Source: a virus
Taxonomy: Duplodnaviria > Caudoviricetes
DNA length: 64,000 nt
IMG/VR virus record: IMGVR_UViG_3300021431_000005
Coordinates: 53,053 to 117,052 of that record
Direction: 5' to 3' (one strand)
Made by a program: the position numbers and the translations under genes. The notes under the pieces were generated by a model, which was not told the DNA's origin, did not search any database, and worked only from the letters and a program-made list of their open reading frames with translations. How positions within the stretch are numbered: the stretch's first letter is position 1; each line of letters starts with the position of its first letter. This document shows positions 31,950 through 39,739 of this stretch, one piece after another.

Positions 31950-32699
31950 TTACTCAAAAGCATGGTCTATAATATCGTTTTTCTTTTCGTATACTGTGAA
32001 TTGAATATTCTGAACTTTACCTTTTGTGTAAACCTTGTCATACTTAACTTGAATATCAGTTTTGGCATTGATTTCTTCAATTACCGGCATGAGTATTTTT
32101 TGGTTCATCTTTTGAAAGTTGCTCGTATAGTAATGCGATGATATGCGAAAAATATCTTTATTTAGTGTTGTTAAATCAATCATCCAATTTCGCCTAAAAG
32201 AATTATCTTTTAAATATTGATAGAGCAAGATGCTATACGAGCTTTTCATCATTATTGTATTTTTTAAACTGTACTTGACATATCCCATTGATTCAATATT
32301 AAAGAATAAGCACTTGGCAAGTTCACTGCATTTTAATCTTATCTTGACAATGCCAGTTTCTTCATCTGTGAATAAAGCAGCGCCATCAAACAAATTACAA
32401 ACAAGAATACCGTTTTCATTGTTGTATGGAACCGTTGTTTGAATCTTTATAATTTCCGAAAGACTTTTGATTAATGAAGGTTTGTTAATCCTTTGTACCC
32501 CAAGTAATTGTTCATACTCGTTAATATCAAATTCAACCACTGTGGATTCGGGATCGTGCGAGTTGATACGACTCAAATATGTGTCTAAAATTTTGAGTTG
32601 TCCTAATGTGTATGGCACCTCTGATGCCATTACCAAGGGGTGACTTTTTTGGACTATGTGGCTACCAGAGATTCCGTTTAATACTTTTTCATCATTCAT
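31950..32699 (-). CDS. Plasmid-type replication initiator (RepB/Rep_3 family)
   Basis: KSHPLV, LKILDTYLSRIN, SSYSILLYQYL, KILMPVIEEIN..TDI.V.Y pattern; iterons directly upstream. Confidence 0.85.
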   Translation of the reverse strand: MNDEKVLNGISGSHIVQKSHPLVMASEVPYTLGQLKILDTYLSRINSHDPESTVVEFDINEYEQLLGVQRINKPSLIKSLSEIIKIQTTVPYNNENGILVCNLFDGAALFTDEETGIVKIRLKCSELAKCLFFNIESMGYVKYSLKNTIMMKSSYSILLYQYLKDNSFRRNWMIDLTTLNKDIFRISSHYYTSNFQKMNQKILMPVIEEINAKTDIQVKYDKVYTKGKVQNIQFTVYEKKNDIIDHAFE

Positions 32700-32752
32700 T
32701 TAATTATCTCCTTTGTATACTGTACATATTTTTGTACTGATTTTCTTCTCTG

Positions 32753-32813
32753 TGATTTTCATGGGTACATCGCTGATTTTCATGGGTACATCACTGATTT
32801 TCATGGGTACATC
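32753..32813. repeat. Three iterons with 21-bp period (TGATTTTCATGGGTACATC)
   Basis: Exact 19-bp direct repeats at 32753, 32774, 32795. Confidence 0.9.
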
Positions 32814-32857
32814 ACCCCTATTTATTTTCAAGTATTTATTGGTTTTAGACACCGCCG

Positions 32858-32890
32858 TAATCAAGTATATAATCAAGTATATAATCAAGT
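32858..32890. repeat. AT-rich 12-mer repeats (TAATCAAGTATA x2.75), putative unwinding element
   Basis: Tandem copies at 32858, 32870, 32882. Confidence 0.75.
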
Positions 32891-33125
32891 CTTTCTTGAG
32901 CACCAAATACATTTTCAAGACCATGACAATTTCTGTTATGAGCCTATAGGCTTCGAGCCGTAAACGTCTCTCGCTTTTGGCGAACACCCTACAAGTAAGT
33001 AACGTTAAATAAAGTGTTCGCCAAAAAATAAACGCCACGAGAAAAATATGGCGTTGAATTAAGCGAAAGGCGGAAAGAGGTATCATCTTTCTTTTGTTTG
33101 GTATCTGCCCTTTCGGGTAGATTCA

Positions 33126-33139
33126 TATTCAGTTTTCAA
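33126..33139 (-). promoter_or_regulatory. boxA-like antitermination site
   Basis: TTGAAAACTGAATA on minus strand, followed by hairpins. Confidence 0.5.
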
Positions 33140-33155
33140 ATTACACAGGCATCAA

Positions 33156-33881
33156 TTAAAGCAGATCAGAGATCGCATCGTAATATCTGTCTTGTCTTTC
33201 ACGGTCGAGTCCACAGTACCTCAGCGTAGTCCTGCTTGAACTGTGATTAAACATTTCCTGTACATCTGCGAGCGTGAGGACATCGTTAGGGTTTGAGCGT
33301 ATCGTGTGGTAGCCAAACGTCTTTCGCATAGTATGTGTGCTAAGATGCTCTTCAAGTCCAAGGGCTTCCTGCGGTGCGTGGACTATCCTATAGAGTTGGC
33401 TCTTATCTAACTTGCCACCACGTTCAGACTGAATCAGGTAGTCATCGAATGTCAGCTTTTTCTTGGTGACGAACAGGTAGTCTCTGATTGCTTCTGCGGC
33501 ACGAGCGCTAAGTTTGGGATCGTTCCTTTTATTGGTCTTTTGTTCTCTGATTATTATGTGATGCTTAAACGAGCCGTCCTCGTTAATCACATCTCCGATT
33601 CTAAGATTGAGAACATCGCTTGCTCTAAGCCCTGTACTGGTTCCGAGGATGAATGCCATTAAATTGCGGCGACCGTACCACTCTGTTTTGGCGTTGCTCA
33701 AGATATACTCTTCGATCTGTTTGAGAACTTCGGGGTCTCGGATAGGCTCGGCGGCGGTTGCCTTTTTGATGTTTTTCGAGGTGTACCGTGAGGTCTTGTC
33801 TGACTTCTTCGGCTGTACGAACTGCGAGATTTCAATGCTTGTTGCCGTGGATTCGGGCGAGATTTTTCTTGCTGTGTTCAT
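33156..33881 (-). CDS. Tyrosine recombinase (short, resolvase-like)
   Basis: TGLRASD (R), EQKT (K), HTMRKTFGY (HxxR), FNHSS, TLRY (Y). Confidence 0.93.
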   Translation of the reverse strand: MNTARKISPESTATSIEISQFVQPKKSDKTSRYTSKNIKKATAAEPIRDPEVLKQIEEYILSNAKTEWYGRRNLMAFILGTSTGLRASDVLNLRIGDVINEDGSFKHHIIIREQKTNKRNDPKLSARAAEAIRDYLFVTKKKLTFDDYLIQSERGGKLDKSQLYRIVHAPQEALGLEEHLSTHTMRKTFGYHTIRSNPNDVLTLADVQEMFNHSSSRTTLRYCGLDRERQDRYYDAISDLL

Positions 33882-33940
33882 TTGAAAACTTCCTTTCGTT
33901 ATCTGGGACTTGCAACTTTTCTATCCCTTTCGGTAATACA

Positions 33941-33969
33941 ATTATACCATACTTTTCACTATTTGTCAA
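33941..33969 (-). promoter_or_regulatory. Consensus sigma-A promoter for recombinase/rep operon
   Basis: TTGACA-17 nt-TATAAT with extended TG on minus strand. Confidence 0.88.
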
Positions 33970-34375
33970 GCTGATTTTCCAAATTATACCCAAGGAATAT
34001 TTTCCTGCGTTGAAGCTGGAACGACTAGGATTGGGCGGATTGACGAGGGGCTGTTTGAAGCCTGAGACGCAGTTGACGAGCTAAGAGTGGTGTTGTAGTG
34101 CGTCTATTCATGCGTTATTGCGCTTCCTATTATTAATATATGCGATTTGAAATTGTTGCTCAAGTTCACGAAAATTTTACAATTTAATTTGGGCGACTTG
34201 AAAGTGTGCAAGTGGAATAGGGGATGGGGTGGAAATTGGGAAGGATGGGGCGGTTGAATTTGGGGTGGGGATAGAAGAGGGTGACTGACACGCCCGACAT
34301 TATTATAAAAATAAAGAAATTTTTCTCAACCCCCTACTTGCACACTATGTCAAAAAGTGTGTAAGTGGCTAGGGC

Positions 34376-34404
34376 TTGCATAGTTGGGGTATTTGTGATA
34401 GTAT
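34376..34404 (+). promoter_or_regulatory. Putative sigma-A promoter for the plus-strand arm
   Basis: TTGCAT-17 nt-TAGTAT with extended TG. Confidence 0.55.
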
Positions 34405-34598
34405 GTTGTTGCGGTCAACGAATGACCGCCCCCGAAAGGGGTTAAAAGAAAATAGAACATCAACGACATGAACCAACTTGCCACAATAGCACGTGCCGAA
34501 CTTCCGGGGCGTTGAATGGTAAGGGTTGAAGATGTTCGGGGTTATAGTTCTTCCCTTGTTACTTCCCTTGTTATAACGGAAGATGCGCCCGATGCAAC

Positions 34599-34612
34599 TT
34601 GAAAATTGAATA
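34599..34612 (+). promoter_or_regulatory. boxA-like antitermination site
   Basis: TTGAAAATTGAATA in a long structured leader. Confidence 0.5.
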
Positions 34613-34718
34613 GACTTTACAACGATAACCCAAAAGGGTCATGTAATGTAAAGCCAGGCCGTTTAAAACTATGCACATTCGATAAATGTGTAAAATTATG
34701 AAAAGAGGTATTTTTATT

Positions 34719-35429
34719 ATGGAACTCAAACTTTTTAACGGTATTTTCGATGTAACGCCCGAAAATAAGAACAACAAAACTCCTAGGGAAGTTTTTGTGG
34801 AAGAGTGCAAAAGTGTTTGTGAAACACCTTTTGACCTTTACCGCAAATTAAGTGTAAACGGTTTTAAGTATAAGCTATCACTTAAACTTCTTAAAGATGT
34901 TTTTGGGGAATATCGCGCCAATAGAGTGAATAACGGTATTTCAAGAGATGTTTCAGCCCTTGTTTATGCCGTTATTGCGTACCATGTAGATATGAGAAAC
35001 GTTGATAAGACAGTGAATGGTGCTAGACGTGCCGCAATTCGTGACGGAATTAAAAGCGTTTTGTTCGCTTTTGGTATACCCACGGAAGACATCAAGGATA
35101 TAAGCAATGCTAAAATAGCGGAACTTGCTTATCGCCTGACAGAATTCAAAACGGCAAAAGGTAAACGTATACTTGACACGGCAAGCACCTATAAAGCATT
35201 ACAAGTTATTCTTGATATGTTTGTTTCTTCCGATAATCTCGGCGATGCCGGTATGAGGGCGTACAAGAAAATGAATAAAGCTCTTGACAAAAGTTTTGAA
35301 AAGGGGAATGAACGTACTTTAAACAAACTTCCGGAACAGACAGAAGAACAGACAGAACAGACAGAAGAACTTCCGGAACAGACAGAAGAACAGACAGAAC
35401 AGACAGAAGAACAGACAGAACAGGCATAA
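34719..35429 (+). CDS. Hypothetical protein with acidic QTEE tandem-repeat tail
   Basis: AAAGAGGT SD; C-terminal (E)QTEE repeats from ACAGACAGAAGA units. Confidence 0.75.
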   Translation: MELKLFNGIFDVTPENKNNKTPREVFVEECKSVCETPFDLYRKLSVNGFKYKLSLKLLKDVFGEYRANRVNNGISRDVSALVYAVIAYHVDMRNVDKTVNGARRAAIRDGIKSVLFAFGIPTEDIKDISNAKIAELAYRLTEFKTAKGKRILDTASTYKALQVILDMFVSSDNLGDAGMRAYKKMNKALDKSFEKGNERTLNKLPEQTEEQTEQTEELPEQTEEQTEQTEEQTEQA

Positions 35430-35541
35430 AAACACAGCCTCCACGGAGGCCCCTTCGGGGGTCTCCCCTTTTATTACACGCGCGTTTTTTTTACGCGCAA
35501 TAATACAACGCCTGTTTTTTTTCGGGCGCAAAATCCTGTTA

Positions 35542-35719
35542 TACGCGCAACAGGTCTGAAATTCCGAACTCTTTTTTTACGCGCGACAGGTCTGAAATTC
35601 CTGTCTGTTGGCAAAAATTAGAGTGAATTTCATCTTTACGCGCAACAGGTCTGAAATTCCCGACTATTGGCAAAATCAGGTGACAATTGTGCCTTTACGT
35701 GCCAAAAGTCTGAGTTTCA
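35542..35719. repeat. Non-coding direct repeats TTTACGCGCAACAGGTCTGAAATTCC (4 copies, last three at 59-bp period)
   Basis: Copies at about 35542, 35576, 35635 and 35694 (degenerate). Confidence 0.85.
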
Positions 35720-35786
35720 GTGGTTCTTGCGCTTTCTGAGAGATTTGTGCGCTCAAACAAGTCTCTATCCATTCCCGAACGGGATT

Positions 35787-35814
35787 ACTACGCTATCCCC
35801 AGCGTTACAGGGGA
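35787..35814 (+). ncRNA. Leader pseudoknot type A, copy 1
   Basis: ACGCU-AUCCCC-AGCGU-UACA-GGGGA; identical to 36552-36579. Confidence 0.55.
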
Positions 35815-35828
35815 GGAAGGCAAGTTTT

Positions 35829-36077
35829 ATGGATATGGAGAAGGCAAGGTTTGCCATAAAGTATTTCGTGGAGGAAGTCAGGGAATATGACGATCTACCC
35901 CAAATAATAAAAGACGAGGTAGATGCAGTTATTCTTCTGGTCAAGACGGGGCTCATTGATGAGGATGAACCGCTTGCGATATGGGCGGTTGCTCTAAACG
36001 GGGGGGAAGAACGTAGGCAGGGCAACAAGAACGTTGGCGGCATAACCCGTGTAAAATCAAAAGAAAGGGAGGTGTAA
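35829..36077 (+). CDS. Hypothetical protein
   Basis: GGAGG SD before MDMEKARF. Confidence 0.6.
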   Translation: MDMEKARFAIKYFVEEVREYDDLPQIIKDEVDAVILLVKTGLIDEDEPLAIWAVALNGGEERRQGNKNVGGITRVKSKEREV

Positions 36078-36079
36078 TT

Positions 36080-36502
36080 ATGCCACACGGAGGTATCCAA
36101 GTGAGGGAGTGTAAATACGACACTCTTCAATGGCACGGGTTCACCGTCAAGCAGGGAATGCTTTTCGGTGAGCACAACGGTACTCTGTTCGTATGGACGG
36201 GCAGAGTGCGCCCAAGAAAAACACCCGAGGGCGTAATAGTAGGCAAAGAAGTGAAAATCTTCACTTCGATTAAGAAAAGGTCGGATAACCCCGACCAGAC
36301 ACCAAACCCGTGGGGCGAAAAGTGGATTTTCTGCGGTAACGGCATGGGTAAGAAAATTCTCGAAAAGTCGTTGTTGCGGGAATACAAGATAATACCGCCC
36401 CCGAAATTCGAGGGTAAAGGTGGACGCGCCTTGTTTACCTCAAACAAGAGTAATCACAATATCGCCGCTGAAAAGGCATATTATTGGGATTGTCGTCAGT
36501 AA
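36080..36502 (+). CDS. Hypothetical protein
   Basis: GGAGGT SD. Confidence 0.7.
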   Translation: MPHGGIQVRECKYDTLQWHGFTVKQGMLFGEHNGTLFVWTGRVRPRKTPEGVIVGKEVKIFTSIKKRSDNPDQTPNPWGEKWIFCGNGMGKKILEKSLLREYKIIPPPKFEGKGGRALFTSNKSNHNIAAEKAYYWDCRQ

Positions 36503-36507
36503 AGCCC

Positions 36508-36546
36508 GCTCGTCTAATGGGTTGCGAGCATAAATAAAACTCATTA
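36508..36546 (+). ncRNA. Pseudoknot type B, copy 1
   Basis: GCUCG/CGAGC stem; loop AAUGGGUU pairs with downstream AACUCAUU. Confidence 0.55.
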
Positions 36547-36551
36547 CCACA

Positions 36552-36579
36552 ACTACGCTATCCCCAGCGTTACAGGGGA
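36552..36579 (+). ncRNA. Leader pseudoknot type A, copy 2
   Basis: Exact 28-nt repeat of 35787-35814. Confidence 0.55.
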
Positions 36580-36592
36580 GAAAGGCAAGTTT

Positions 36593-36766
36593 ATGAAGAT
36601 GTTCAAAATAAAGTATTGGGAATTCGGGTTAACACCCGTTTTTGACGATAACGGAGAGGAGGTACAGATCGCCGCTAATTCTACGGCAGAGGCGCTCGAC
36701 AAGTTCTTTGCTGAGTATCCTGTTCCTTATGAGGACATGGACGCCATGTGCGCCGTGCCCGCATAA
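36593..36766 (+). CDS. Small acidic hypothetical protein (57 aa)
   Basis: Not in track. MKMFKIKYWEFG...; follows the same leader as 35829. Confidence 0.6.
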   Translation: MKMFKIKYWEFGLTPVFDDNGEEVQIAANSTAEALDKFFAEYPVPYEDMDAMCAVPA

Positions 36767-36772
36767 AGGAGT

Positions 36773-36809
36773 CTCGTCTAATGGGTTGCGAGCCTAAACA
36801 AAACCCATT
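36773..36809 (+). ncRNA. Pseudoknot type B, copy 2
   Basis: CUCG/CGAG stem; AAUGGGUU pairs with AACCCAUU. Confidence 0.55.
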
Positions 36810-36815
36810 GTTAAC

Positions 36816-36904
36816 GCTGACATAGCCGAATTGGTTAAAGGCGCGGACTCAAAGTCCGTTTCCGAAGTACAAGGAATCTGTTGGTTCGAGTCCAACTGTC
36901 AGCA
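36816..36904 (+). tRNA. tRNA-Leu(CAA)
   Basis: GCTGACA/TGTCAGC acceptor; GCGGA-ctCAAag-TCCGT arm; long variable arm; GGTTCGAGTCC. Confidence 0.9.
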
Positions 36905-36905
36905 T

Positions 36906-36932
36906 CGCCGTCACAAATGTGGCGGTTTTTTT
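36906..36932 (+). terminator. Intrinsic terminator after tRNA-Leu
   Basis: CCGTCAC-aaat-GTGGCGG followed by T7. Confidence 0.75.
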
Positions 36933-36980
36933 ATGCCCAAATTTCAAAGGGGCAAATATTATTGTTTGGAGGAAATTAAC

Positions 36981-37298
36981 ATGAAACTCATCAATCTCAC
37001 GCCGCATGACATCACGATCGTGCGCCCCGACAGGAATATCCTTATCCTTGCGAGCGGCAGTCTTGCAAGGGTTTCCGCCAAAACCGAGACTATCGGCGAA
37101 CTTGACGGCATTCCTGTAACCGAAACTGTTTTCGGCGAAGTCGAAGGTCTGCCTGCACCTAAGGACGGCGTTGCCTACATTGTTTCCTCGCTTGTGGCAG
37201 GACGTGTCCCCGAACGTTCAGATGTTTTCATTCCGAACGAGAGCATAAGGGATGAAAACGGCGGGATTGTCGGGTGCAAGTCGCTCGGCAGAATATGA
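36981..37298 (+). CDS. Conserved phage protein (NLTPH family)
   Basis: MKLINLTPH...GLP.P..GV.YIVS...RDE.G.IVGC; GGAGG SD. Confidence 0.8.
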   Translation: MKLINLTPHDITIVRPDRNILILASGSLARVSAKTETIGELDGIPVTETVFGEVEGLPAPKDGVAYIVSSLVAGRVPERSDVFIPNESIRDENGGIVGCKSLGRI

Positions 37299-37312
37299 AA
37301 GGAGAAATACGA

Positions 37313-37522
37313 ATGAAAGCAGGAGAAATTATCGCAAGAGCAAATACATTCCTTGCACTGTCAAGAGATAACTCGGTCGCCGAATCCGAGCAAAAGTCGG
37401 CGTACCGAACAGCTCAGGAGTATCTGAGCAAGCTCGACGCAATGGGTATTGAGTATTTTTATAGCATGAGGTCGGCGACATACGTCATTGATTACTCGGC
37501 TATGAGAACAATCACAGCATGA
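37313..37522 (+). CDS. Hypothetical protein
   Basis: AAAGGAG SD. Confidence 0.65.
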   Translation: MKAGEIIARANTFLALSRDNSVAESEQKSAYRTAQEYLSKLDAMGIEYFYSMRSATYVIDYSAMRTITA

Positions 37523-37536
37523 AAGGAGAGAACGAA

Positions 37537-37782
37537 ATGAGCGAAAAATGCTATGGCAGAAAGAGAGTTCACTCTTCTGACGGCAAGCGTATTGCCGACG
37601 TAGAATGTTGGGAACTCGACGGAAAGGTCATATACCGCACAATGGTTTATGATTCCAATATGTTCTTGACAAACTGTTCCGTTTTGGAAAACGAGGACGA
37701 TGCCATGACTATTGCGGCTGATTATTTCTACCCCGCTGAGTTGGTCTATGGCGACATGATTTCTAAAATGCGGAATCTATAA
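37537..37782 (+). CDS. Hypothetical protein
   Basis: AAAGGAG SD. Confidence 0.65.
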   Translation: MSEKCYGRKRVHSSDGKRIADVECWELDGKVIYRTMVYDSNMFLTNCSVLENEDDAMTIAADYFYPAELVYGDMISKMRNL

Positions 37783-37816
37783 GGGTTTCGCAGACACTTT
37801 TAAGGAGGAAAGTAAA

Positions 37817-38023
37817 ATGGGAAACGGAGTTAACTATATCATCGAGGGTTCTTATCCCATCACAATCCACAAGCGCACGGTGGAAATAAAAGGAAGGAGG
37901 TGGGCGATGTGTAGGACGTATATCAATCAGGGTGTGCGCCACTTCGTTGCCGCAGCTTTGGTCGGCGAAGAGAAGATTGATTTCGTCTTAAAAGGCAGAA
38001 ATGCCTTAATATGCGAACACTGA
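37817..38023 (+). CDS. Hypothetical protein
   Basis: AAGGAGG SD. Confidence 0.65.
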   Translation: MGNGVNYIIEGSYPITIHKRTVEIKGRRWAMCRTYINQGVRHFVAAALVGEEKIDFVLKGRNALICEH

Positions 38024-38300
38024 GAGGAGGCGAGTCTTTTGAATAATATCGCACAGAAAGAGGTGATGCATATGACCTAATGTAAGCGTACCTACTCTGT
38101 CGAACAGCAAAAATCACGCTGGCTGTATCGCAGAGCAAGGGCGCTTTTAATATTAGGAAAGATTGGGTGGCCGGCTACCACAAGAAAAGAGGTGACGATA
38201 TATATGATTGTTCGCTAATGGCTTCTGAAGGATTGTGCCACAAACAGTCCTATCCCAACGCACAGATTGTGCGAATTATTTTTAAGGAGGCTCTTTTGTT

Positions 38301-38573
38301 ATGGAAAAAGAGAGTTATATAATACTTGAAAACGGCAGGGTAGAAAGGGTGCCGTGGTGTGCATACACCAACCCTGAATACCCGAGGGTGATTGACAATG
38401 ACGCTCTGAGGGTATACGCACCTAACAACGCAAGCTTAAAGGGTGTATTTCTCGCACTTAGAAGCAAGCTTGGAGAAGACGTGGACTTCGAGTACATATT
38501 CGAGTCGATGGCAAAGACGGGTGTCTACGGCGACAAGAGCGAAATGATTTCGCAGTTGTTGGAGGTGGCTTAA
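38301..38573 (+). CDS. Hypothetical protein
   Basis: AAGGAGG SD. Confidence 0.65.
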   Translation: MEKESYIILENGRVERVPWCAYTNPEYPRVIDNDALRVYAPNNASLKGVFLALRSKLGEDVDFEYIFESMAKTGVYGDKSEMISQLLEVA

Positions 38574-38689
38574 GTGGCAGTATATCTCACCCTTGCAGCT
38601 TTGGTTTTGACTGGCTTCATTCATACGGCTTTGACAATAAGTCGTGAAAACAAACCAAGATTATCCGACGAATTCATCTAAAGGAAGGA

Positions 38690-39211
38690 GTGATGGTAAT
38701 GCCGTACAAGGTTGGCGACAAAGTGAGGATCAATATCTTAAACAAAGAACTCAGCACTGTAGGGGTGATTCCCCCAATGTGCGAGTTAGACGGGGTGGTT
38801 GCTACAATCAGCGAGGTGCTTGACTGGTATTCACCACCTCATTATCGCCTTAAAGAAGTCGAGTTCTATTGGGACGACCTTATTTTAGAGCCGTTTCTAG
38901 AACAGGAGTTAAGTGAGGGAGACTTATGTATGGGTAGCGTCTTCTTCGGGACAAGTCATGTAAAAGTCTTGTGTCGAATGATACAAGGGAAATGCACAGC
39001 GCTCGGCTTCAACGTTGAAGCTATATACCCCATTCCCGTTTTTGCTGAAACCATAAGAGTAACAGCTTCAAATGCTCTTGGTGTCTGTGGGGAAATACAA
39101 GGAGTGGTGTGGAAAGAATGCGCATACGTCCCCAGTAAACCGCCATTTGTAGGAAGACTTGATCCTGACGAGTTTGAAAGGCTGAAAGGGGGCGATAAAA
39201 ATGGAATTTGA
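38690..39211 (+). CDS. Hypothetical protein with KOW-like N-terminus (paralog of next gene)
   Basis: YKVGDKVRI; C-terminal YVPSKPPFVG. Confidence 0.65.
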   Translation: MMVMPYKVGDKVRINILNKELSTVGVIPPMCELDGVVATISEVLDWYSPPHYRLKEVEFYWDDLILEPFLEQELSEGDLCMGSVFFGTSHVKVLCRMIQGKCTALGFNVEAIYPIPVFAETIRVTASNALGVCGEIQGVVWKECAYVPSKPPFVGRLDPDEFERLKGGDKNGI

Positions 39212-39725
39212 AGTGGGAGATATTGTAAAAGTAAAGAACATTGATCAGATGAAGGCTGAGGGTCTTCAGGTTAATTTTCTTTCTCAGTTCGTGATTGATC
39301 GAGCGGGACGGAAGGCAGTTGTTTCCGAGGTATTTCCCGCTTCCGAGCTACTTCCCGGGAACGCATATTCACTTTCAGGTTTTAGGTTTCACCTGATTTG
39401 TCCGGAGTACCTAGAATTAATAGATAAAAAAACCGAAGCTAACATGATTGGATTAGGTCGAATTGTGTTGGGCAATTTTGTATCTTACTCAATGGTTCGT
39501 TATTGCAATGGACATTCTTTACCCATTAATGCTGAGGAATATGCGACAGACGATTTTCCCATTGTTTTGGGTACACAAAATATAATGATAACCAAGAACA
39601 TTCAGTCTTTGGGTTTAGAAGTCGGAGATGTATTAGAGGGTATCATAAAAAATGGGTACTGCTACGTTCCGAACAAATTGCCATTTATTGGTATGTTGGC
39701 GGAAGAGGAATACAAAATAATATAA
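39201..39725 (+). CDS. Hypothetical protein with KOW-like N-terminus
   Basis: FEVGDIVKV; C-terminal YVPNKLPFIG. Confidence 0.65.
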   Translation: MEFEVGDIVKVKNIDQMKAEGLQVNFLSQFVIDRAGRKAVVSEVFPASELLPGNAYSLSGFRFHLICPEYLELIDKKTEANMIGLGRIVLGNFVSYSMVRYCNGHSLPINAEEYATDDFPIVLGTQNIMITKNIQSLGLEVGDVLEGIIKNGYCYVPNKLPFIGMLAEEEYKII

Positions 39726-39739
39726 GGAGGAAAAAACAG

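Noticed and set aside
32700-33086. 128-aa ORF with DVPMKIS repeats
   Set aside because: Translation of the iteron/origin repeats; no SD; better explained as a replication origin
35542-35719. Bona fide CRISPR array
   Set aside because: Spacers unequal (10, 33, 33 nt) and similar to each other, repeat not palindromic, no cas genes in window; kept only as a repeat array
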